The notes beneath the pieces were generated by a model. That model was not told the DNA's origin. It searched no databases and worked only from the letters and a program-made list of their open reading frames with translations. A stretch of DNA of 64,000 bases from contig OZ234493.1 of NCBI GenBank assembly GCA_965153455.1, forward strand, positions 29,688,213-29,752,212, written 5' to 3'. The position numbers and the translations under genes were made by a program. Numbering within the stretch: the stretch's first letter is position 1; every line of letters starts with the position of its first letter. Shown in pieces: positions 54,643 through 64,000 of this stretch. The DNA is from Sphagnum compactum (lineage: Eukaryota).

Positions 54643-57600
54643 CTAGCAGTCTTTTGAATCTTGGCACGCGTCAGCCGCAGTGTTGCTGAGCGACTCTGTA
54701 AGTGCTGCTAACTCCTGCTTTTGTCTCTCCATCAGGAAGCCCTGTGCCATTGATGTAATGATTGATGCCAGAAAGCCAGCCATTGTGAGAAGCACAACTG
54801 TATTCCATATAAACGCAATTGAGAACCTCCCTTGCATGGGCTGCCACAAAGCACTAATTTAAGTAAGACCTTCTACTTGATTGAAGCAGAAGAACAAAGG
54901 GAGAGGGCCCTGGTTTTGATCAAAAAGAGGAAAAACAAGAGTTGTTCATGAACTTGGGATACCTTAGCAACCACTTGTCCATTGAATCTGTCCTTGGCAT
55001 TGCCCAAGGCAGACATGATTCCAGGAGAGACACGGCTGAAGGCAGGTATGTGCAATATGACCCATTCCAAACCTGCTTCAATTACTTCCAAAAGGTGTGC
55101 ATTGCACACAAGTATAATAAACACTGTCTGCCCCACCCAAGCATGAACATCCTCTCAGAGAGGGAACAACATAGAAATATGATTCCAATGAGGATGCATG
55201 CAATTCTGTGGTGTACATGACCACATAGACAGAGGAGTAGTTTCAACACCTCGAGCACTTGAGTGCAGAGTTTTGATTGGATCTGAGATAGAGGATTCAC
55301 CTGTATATGTGCCTTGATCAAAGCTTTACCAAGCAAAGTAGCCAAGAAAAACTTCCAAAAGGGGACAAGAAACTGCCCACACATGATGCCAGCCAGATCA
55401 AACAGTGGATTGGGTACCTGTATCATATCCTCCCAACCAAGAAATAAAACTTCTACTTCACTGAAAAGAACATCCTAATCACAACAACTTACAATAGCCA
55501 CCAAGGCTGCACTCAAAAAGTAACTATACTTCAAGGTACAAAGAAGAAATACTGATACCATCTGGCAGAGGAAGAATACCGAAGCAAAAAGCAGGATTGT
55601 GAAAAAACCAAATTCGTGAAAGCGCAAAATGGTCCACCGCTTCAATAGATCAAACAGACCAGTACCTCCTGACTCTTCTGGGTTCACAAGATCATCAAAC
55701 TCTTTCACCCGTTGCCCTGACAACCGTGCTGCACTGGCACACAACTTTACTGTGAGAAATTCTATTACATCTTCACTTGATTCAAACCTCAGATCCCATT
55801 GATGCATAGTTCTGAGATGTTACCTACATGCTACACTGCAGTCAAGCAGAACTTCAAGACTATTATGGTGAATACCAAAATCCTGTTTCAGAAGCATTGA
55901 TCCAAAAACTGCCGACAACTACCAAAATCCAGCACCCATATTTGATTAGTGTGGAACAGATTTCTGGACTTGCTGGTGGTCAGTGAGCTGAAGCTGGGCA
56001 GACCTGCCCGAGAAACAAAGTAAGGGGGGAGCTCTCCAATAGCGGTGCCTAACCCCCACAAGACAGCTTCCAGTTGCACTTGCAGTAAGACCTTGTAAAG
56101 TGGAACCATATATCGATCAATCCCATCTGCAACAAGGTGAGGGTACATGGGTGGCCCTATGAGAGAACAATCTTTTGTCTGCCATGATGATCCAAGTCCA
56201 AACTGGGGGGTATCATATGGTGCGCACTTCAAGTCCACACGACCACACTGCGTAGCTCTTATTGTGAACATAGCAACATGTGGCCCCAAATACAACACAA
56301 ATGTGTGCAGACCTGAGCCTGTTCAACAGCAATTCCACCACAATCCAACAACACAGGTATACAACATAAGTCTGTTACAACACCACTCCACCTAAACAGA
56401 AAGCAGTGTAATCAGAAGACTATGATAGCCCTAGCCCTGATGACACATGCTCTGCACCCAGATGAACAGACCACAAGGAGTTTTAAGAGAACATCATCAT
56501 AGGCCTTCACATATTGCAGACTAGCTATGAAAAGAATGCCCTGCAAGGTGGACTCATTGTTGAAAAATGAGACAGATGCACTCTAATCCACTTTTCTTCA
56601 TTCTGGAGACACACCAAATACCCAACTGACTGTAGCCTCTGCCAGAGACAAACTCCATTTGCATATTGAGGTTGCATAAAGTATGTAGTAGCTTACATTG
56701 TCCCCAGCCTATGAGTTATATAGTGACTTAGATAGTCCCAACTACCAACTTCTATGATGCAAGGCAGTGATATCAGAGCATGTTGGGGCTTCGGAACGAC
56801 AATGGAAAAGGTCTAAGAAAATAGTGGAATACACTGGAGCTAACAGGAAATTCTAACCACTCCTGCCAAGCCAAGATAGAATTTCTACAAAGATATTTGA
56901 CCTCAAAGCTAGGGGCAAGAGAGAGCATTCATACCTAGTCCAATGGATGATGCTACCCCAAGGCCTACCCACCAAAGTCCAAACCGCAAGTATGCCAGCA
57001 CCTCCCTCACATACTGAATAATCATAAGAACCAGTAAGAGTGCATCATTGAAGGACACACTAGGATAGACAGAGCATGTCATCATAAGCGACATTTCATG
57101 TAAAACTCGGAAGTAATACTTCCATACAACTAGAAATTTTGAAAGAATCATGTTCACTTGACACGTCAAAAGGTTGTTCAGAGGCTCATTAGACTCGCAT
57201 AGCATATGGCTGCAGAAATATTGATGGTAGCATACTAATCAACATAGAGCCAGAAAGAGTTAAGTTGTTGCAAGGCCTATAAAATGAAAGTAAAGTATGT
57301 GAAGACTTTTGAGAAGAGGAATGACTCCGGAATCCATCAGTCTAGGGTTTCAGGAGGAGATGGGTATTGAGAAATTTTCAAATCTCAAGAGACTGTCTGT
57401 TCATGATTCTTTGCATCATCAGCATGGGGTCATGAGCACAATTCCTGAGAGACCAAAAGCACATATATGCTGTGTTCACACTGAAGTTATTTGAATGGTT
57501 GCCAAGTCCTAGTGACATGGCTGCTACATGCGAGTCTTATGCAGCAAGAGAACAAAAGTATTGACCTCAAAATAACTGAAGGAGAATCCTTTCTGGTACA

Positions 57601-58850
57601 TTAACTCTCAGACTCAAGTGCTCTGCTGCTTATTGACTAGGATGAAAGCTGGATACCTTCTCATGGGGTCCATCCAAAATTGCCAGAGTTGTGACACTGA
57701 TAAGGAGAAGGATACAGAAGGTGAAGGCTATGGCCCAGTGGACAATAACATAAATGGCAAGCCGCTGTAATTGCTGTAAAATTGATAAACAGAATAGCTT
57801 AACCGTTGTAATAGGTCGCTTGGTTAGCACTAGGCCCTCCCGTTGCCTGACATGGTCCTTCTTCAGCTCTGATATTACACCATCCATAAAACTGCCTGTC
57901 AATCAGACAGCTGATGCCCATCCTTCACAAAAAGAACCTTACTGCTCATCACATACTTGGCTCTTAGAGCCTCAAAAAATTAATCAACATAATCAAAGCT
58001 GGCCTCAATGGTCATGTCACAAGTAGTTGATTAAAGAAAAGCACCAAGGCAACACCAAAGATAAGGATTTCAAGTTTAACATGGACAACTCCATCTTCTG
58101 TCTCAAAACCTCAGATTACACTCTAAAAGCATGCATTGATTATTTTTCAGCATGTCAAGCCATGATTAACCATAATTAACCCCAGAGAAAAACAAAAGCA
58201 ATGAGGTCAAGGCCCTGGGAAGTACTCTGCAGGGCAACTACAAAGGTCAGACTTATTATGAGGACCAGTCTGGCTTGCTTGGTATAATCTTCTGAGTGCA
58301 ACATTTACTTGTTCCCTAGAAGATGAGAGTATCAGAACAATAAATAGAGATATAGATTGGAACACACATGCTGAAAATGTGTACTTTTCAATTAAACTCT
58401 AAATATGGACTCTCTCTCTTTTCCCAAAGATTCCACTAGCAAGTTGATCAATAATCTAAGACAAAATTTGTCAGCCATTCCGGTTCACCGCTCTTGTGAG
58501 GATCTCATGCAAGTAGGCGATATGACAAAAATGAAAAACGCTGCAAAATCCCCCCTAACCCTAATCACCGTCTCTGAGCTTGCAAGAACTGCGTTATTGC
58601 TTACAGCCCGATCATTCCTGACAAGAAGAGATTCCACAGGCAATTACGCACACATGCCAGTTGCAATTGGAGCTCTGGAACCAAGAACAATTTACCGGGA
58701 CCGCGATAATTACGATGGCGGAAGGGAGGGCGAAACTAGGGTTTACGAAAAAACGTATGACATATACAGGTACAGGGCCTGTTTACCTAGAAGTTCCAGC
58801 GAGTTCCTTCCTTTTGTCGTCGAGACAGTGCCGCCATCGCTCAAATCCAT
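54643..58850 (-). CDS. VMP1: Vacuole membrane protein 1 / KILLING ME SLOWLY-like ER membrane protein (DedA/VTT family), 8 exons
   Basis: Exons 58850-58787, 57895-57657, 57013-56935, 56318-56004, 55728-55580, 55417-55301, 55127-54963, 54840-54643. Motifs [45 protein letters not shown] and [34 protein letters not shown]. Confidence 0.95.
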
Positions 58851-59619
58851 AGCTGCGTTCTGTCTTGCCAAAACCACAGACCACACCACTTGTTCGCTAC
58901 GACACTATGTATAACAACATATATACGCCACCTTCAACTAATTTGTTGTTGAAAGGAACACCGGGGCTCCCCCAAACGGCAATCTCCGGACGATGAGACC
59001 TGTAGAAATTCTGGCAAGCTTCTTTCCTCTTGCGATTCTTCCCGGGAGTTTTTGCGAGGAAAAGCATGAGATGAGAAAAAGCGCTTGAGCCCAAAAAAGC
59101 AATCCTTGAGAAACCCACAAATGGCTTTGCCACCACCAAAAGAACAAGGTTAAACAACTTATTCGCGGTGAAAAGGGATGCACACAAGTATTGACTGCTG
59201 CAGCAACGCAGCCTCACAGGATTGCGGGAGCAGCATCCAAACATTGAACACACACGGCACTCAACAACACCAACACCAAAACCAACAGAGTTCTGATGAT
59301 GCGCGTTGAAAAGATGTGCATGTGTGTTTGTCCATTCACGAATTCGTGGTTGATTTTTTCTTTCCAACCGCAGAGGAAACCATTTTATTGGTGTGTGGAT
59401 CAAGCATCTTTCCTACTTTGTTCTTTTGCGCTTTTTTCCCTTGGGCTGGTGGTGGAGGGGGAAGAGTGGGGATACCAGTAGGTATCTCTCATGGTAAAAT
59501 TCTGCCTACCTTTGGGGACTAGCTTTAATTAAGCAGCTTGGTTGGGACGAAGTAATAAAAATAAGTTTATTTTAGGTGATGACAATCGGTAGGGTGTTTT
59601 TTTTTTGGCAAGGGGTAGC

Positions 59620-60480
59620 AGGCCTATTAGCCCAGGCCAAAAATGGTGACGAACTCGTTTCGGAAAAGATATTTCATGCAGCCAATGGGAAGGCCCAAGC
59701 ATGTACTCGAAGGTGCCTTGCTTTTTTTCCTTCTAAGTTGGGGGAGGGAGGAGGTTTTTTTTTCCATTTTCCCCTGGTTCCTAATGTGTTCCCATTATAT
59801 TCCCTTTAAGTTCCCAATAAGTTCCTCAAGTTCCCAATGTGTTCCCCAACATTTTCTCCATAGCACCTCACTTTTATCCCATATGCTTTGACAAATGTTG
59901 TCCTCCTTTTTACCTATATTGCTGGGCCAACTGGGGAGAAACCCATTCTTCAAAACAGATCCTTCTATTTTGAGGAGCCTCCATAGTTTCATTTTTTTGG
60001 AGTGATGGGCCAATCAAATTGGGTTCGTTGGGGAAAAGAACAATTGAAACTTGGGAGGCACAATATCTAATTAATAGGACAGGTGAATAGGTGCCCACAT
60101 AATGTCCCCAATTCAATCGCCATGCCATTAGCCCAGGCCAAAAATGGTGATGAACAGTTTTGGAAAGAGAGATTTCATTCAGCCAATGGGAAGGCTCAGC
60201 ACACACTCATGATGGGCCTAGGTTTTTTCTTTTGGGGGAGGGGGGCGCTGGGGGGAGTTTTTTTTGGTTTTTTCTTCCATGTTCCCAATGTGTTCCTTAA
60301 GACGTTCCCAATAGCACCTCAATTTAGCCCATAGGTTTGCCCAAAGTTCAACTCTCATGCATATAAACTGAAAGGGTAGTTTGTCAGAGGATACATTTGT
60401 TTCTATTTTGCAACCGGGGAACTGAAGAGGTGCTTCCTTTTGGGGGCATGCCCAATTTTCCGAAAAAATTGTAAAAAAAA
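59620..60480 (+). repeat. Two tandem copies of a dispersed ~450-500 bp non-coding element
   Basis: 'attagcccaggccaaaaatggtga.gaac....tt.ggaaa.gatatttcat.cagccaatgggaaggc' occurs at ~59626 and ~60127, with shared 'gttcccaatgtgttcc' and 'atagcacctca'. Confidence 0.85.
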
Positions 60481-62459
60481 GTTATGAAGGCACCCACGAA
60501 TTAAACACAGATTATTGAACTTAGTCTCACCTTGTATCCAAGTTATCAAACACAGGCTTGACACATACATGCTGAGACTAAGCACGATAACCCAACACCT
60601 CTCACTGGTTACCAACATATATATAACTTGATCACTAGCAAGGTTGCAAATGCATTAATTGTTTGATTATTTGAGACCTAATAGAGTTATCTATAAAGTC
60701 ACGCGATTAGGGGCCGAAAACGGCCAGTTTCGGCATAATAGGGCATCAATTGTGTAACTAGGAATGAAAATTTTACAGAATGAAATAACTGAGACCCAAA
60801 CTAGTTTTTCCACCAATTTTTGTGATGAACTAAGGTTTATCATGTCTTTCCTTTTTTCTGAGCGCCTTCATTGCTCCTACCTCTACAACTATTATAATTA
60901 CACTCAAACCTTGTGCATTAAATGCTGAGTTTCAGCATTTCATAATGAGATTTAATAAAGTTTCCTTACTTTGTTGCTACCACAGAGAGTGGGGATAGGG
61001 GTGAAAGGCGGCCCAAAGACAGGATGACTTTACGGATAACTTTAATATTTCGTTCTCATATCTTTAGATCCAATCTTCTATACATATGTGGCAAACCAAA
61101 CTATATTGGGATTGCTGGGTAATTCAGTAATCTAAACTTACAGGATGGTGAATGGTTTTCAGTTGTTGGGGGCAAAACATGTTGTCCTTGTTACGGCAAT
61201 GAAAAAGAGTCACTTTAGAAGGGGGCAATGCATTAGCCCCCAAAAAAGGTGAAGATATGCAATCAGAAGTGATCACCCTCCAAGTTGAACTTGGAACCTG
61301 CCAGTGTTAGGCAATGCTAAATGAGAACCGACTACAAAGGACTTGTGAGAATATACGTGCAGTAGGAACATTGAACACAAATGAACACTGAAATTCTAAC
61401 TTAAAAAACTTTCAGGATTTATGTTTGCCTCTGTTTTATTGTCTCTAATAAGAAATATTTGGAACTTTTTGGAGAAATGTGTTTGCTTGTGGACTATGAT
61501 GCTTTTAGCATCAAACACAGAACACTTCAACAGTACCGTGGAAGCCTGGTGTTTGATGACAATCACTCATGGCCATAAAATACGAGTAACATGCCCCTCA
61601 TTTTGGGTGATTTCCGATCCCCTTTGGTCACTTGTGGAACAAGTACACAATTCTTCCCGGCATACTTCACTTCAATCATGTTACTTATGGCCTTCCCTTT
61701 TTGTCTCCTTTGTGGTCTTTCCAGCCATCGATCTTTTATTGGATTTTTGTTCTGTTTCGGTATTACTTATATTCACTCAATGTGTTTTTCTTGCTTGGAA
61801 TTTCTACCCATATCAGACCTGGAGTCTTGTTCTTGGCATAGGTCGTTGCCATTTACTTCACTTAAGAACCAATTCACCTCGTGGCTCGGTTAACTTAAAC
61901 AGAGGCTTTTCAGGGGTGGATTCTCTAGCTTCTAGACAAATTCTGGTAAAGAATTGCACTGAGTATTGGGGTGGAGGATGGTTGAAATTGAAATTTTAAA
62001 CCCCAAATGCAACATCAGGTAGTTCAATGTGCTGCTGACTTCCACCAATTTCTTAGGAAACAAGTGACTCATTGCACAATGACTCCATCCTTCGTTCAAA
62101 CAAAACCATGAGAATTTAGAAATATCTGTAAAGTATGAAAAAAAAAGGGTGAGAACCCTATGTTCATCGGAAACAGGGGGTATAGTAAAAGAAATAAGGT
62201 GAAGAGTTGACAAAGGAAAAAAAGATGGGGCAAAACTGAAAAATGCATCAATTTGGGTGCATTTTTGAGTTTCACTGTGTCCATTTTGCATTTTTCTCCC
62301 GTGCACCATTTCACACCAAGGAGGACTATAAGAGAGAACATGCTTTGATGTTTGCATTTTTTGTGGAAGAAGCGAGCAAGTTTGAACGGGAGGGCTTGAA
62401 GTGGTTGCAGAAGGAGATCAATGTTTTTTTAGTGCCAAGGAGGTAGGTGTTTACGAACA

Positions 62460-62880
62460 TCAAAAGAGCGCTTGCAACTTTAGGTTTATATGAGTGCCAA
62501 CAAAGCTCCCGTATTTGGGTTTTATGAATGCCACAAAAGAATGCTTGTTTGTAGGTCTATATATGTGCCCCCCAGAGCTTGGGTATTTGGGTTTTCTAAG
62601 AGCCACATGGGAGTAAATGTATGAATGCCGATAGAGCTCACTTGAAGAAAGAAGCCATACACTTCATAGGTTAGCAAATGCATCAACAAAAGAAGAGGTC
62701 ACACACTTGAGAAAGGTTGCTCGGCAAGCACATCAATAGAAAAGGAGTTCACATGCTTGAAAAAGGACAATCGGCAAGTGCATCAATAGAAGAGGAATTC
62801 ATGCGCTTGATAAAGGTCAATCAATATGCTCATCAACAAAAGTGGAAGAGGTTAAGCATTTGAAGAAAATCAACAAATAA
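62460..62880. repeat. Degenerate tandem repeats (~50 bp unit 'gcaagtgcatcaatagaagagga.ttcacatgcttga.aaagg')
   Basis: Units start near 62674, 62724, 62773 and ~62825. Upstream are repeated 'ggtttatga.tgcca..agagc' units at 62480-62640. Confidence 0.7.
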
Positions 62881-64000
62881 TTGTTGCTTACAGGGTTGTC
62901 ATTTTTTGCATTTGAGCAATGCATCAAGATGTAGGTGAGGTGCAAACCTTTTAAAGCCATGATCATAGTAGCAAAACATTCTTGTCAAGATGAGGAATTT
63001 TACAATAATTTGGAAAGTTTCACAATTTGAGAATTTATATTGTTGTGTGTCTGGTCTCTTTTCACCTTTGTGTGTTATTTTTTCACTTTTTGTTGCAAGG
63101 TTCATGAATTTGTGCAAACCCTAGTTAAAAGAAAATTAGATCAATCCCACAAGAAACATCTTTCATACCTTCATGTACAAACAAATCTTCCACCCAATCC
63201 TATAAACTTGCATATACCTAAAACCCTAAGCTAGAATTGTGCTCCAAAAAACCAATGTAACTAATTGTCTTTTCTCTCATATTTTGTTGTTATGCAACAC
63301 ATTTTCACCCGTTTGCTTTTGGCACCTTCAATATTTTGGTGTTTTCGTCAAGTGAATAAAACATGGTTTATGGTTATAGGTGAGAGTTTTCCTTGAAATG
63401 CATTGGAGGTAATGAAAGTTGATCATAGGTCCTACCTCCAACACCTTGCCACTATTGATACCCCAAGGCAATTGTTTTCAAATGTGCTTTGAGTTTCAGC
63501 TTCAAACTTTGAAGATGTGTTTGCTACTCATAGTTTATCCCACATTTTATGATTCAAAATGTGATTCTTCTAACATCATTATATGTAATGTAAAATAATT
63601 TGTTCAATAGATCCTTCTTGTGTTTAAATTCCATCATTGTCCAATTTTGAATAAGCACAAATTTTGTACAAAATTCAATTGAAATTATTTCATTTGCCTA
63701 CAATTTAAGTTATTTTCCAAGTTTTGTTTCATTTGCTTTTATGTGTTTTTAATTTGGGTCCCATCTTGTTGAATCCTAAATTTGTAAATGCTTGTCAGTA
63801 TCATTTTTTTGCCTACATACACAACTTCACTGTGTTTCATTCTTTTTCCCTCCCTATCTTTTGTGTATAATGTTTATTTTATCTCTTTTTTTTTGTCTTT
63901 TTAATTTTGTAACACACATTTTTTCTACTTGCCAATGACTACATCATCATTCACAATGTCTCCTCCACTTTGTCTCTATCTAATTCTATCAAACCCCAAA

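Noticed and set aside
58405..59403. 169-aa (+) and 168-aa (-) ORFs
   Set aside because: They overlap VMP1 exon 1, intron and 5'UTR and have no recognisable domain.
61421..61999. 192-aa hydrophobic ORF
   Set aside because: Composition reflects T-rich DNA; no motifs or supporting gene structure.
62670..62870. CRISPR-like periodic repeats
   Set aside because: Eukaryotic context; whole units are diverged with no repeat-spacer architecture and no cas genes.
63145..63235. Possible telomerase RNA gene (TCCCAC plus aaaccctaa)
   Set aside because: USE-TATA spacing is not Pol III type-3-like; the single aaaccctaa is better explained as a telo-box or chance.

Overview
Eukaryotic, intron-rich, AT-rich land-plant genomic DNA. 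The gene set and repeat style suggest a moss, probably Sphagnum (inference). Six multi-exon genes were reconstructed by hand from splice sites and reading frame: an ACC-synthase-like PLP enzyme (-), a conserved, probably plastid-targeted protein of unknown function (+), a TOM1-like VHS/GAT protein (-), a plant PAXX-like NHEJ factor (+), a plastid class I PRPP synthetase (-) and VMP1/KMS1 (-). The window also holds an intron-containing GDP-mannose 3',5'-epimerase pseudogene fragment and a 73-aa two-TM ARGOS/OSR-like small ORF in an apparently multi-exon, mostly non-coding transcript. Repeats include a ~4 kb element with ~400 bp inverted repeats, LTR and non-LTR retroelement remnants, telomere-like tandem repeats and several hairpins. 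No tRNA, rRNA or CRISPR array was found. Exon boundaries were read by eye, and homology calls are from recognition rather than database searches.
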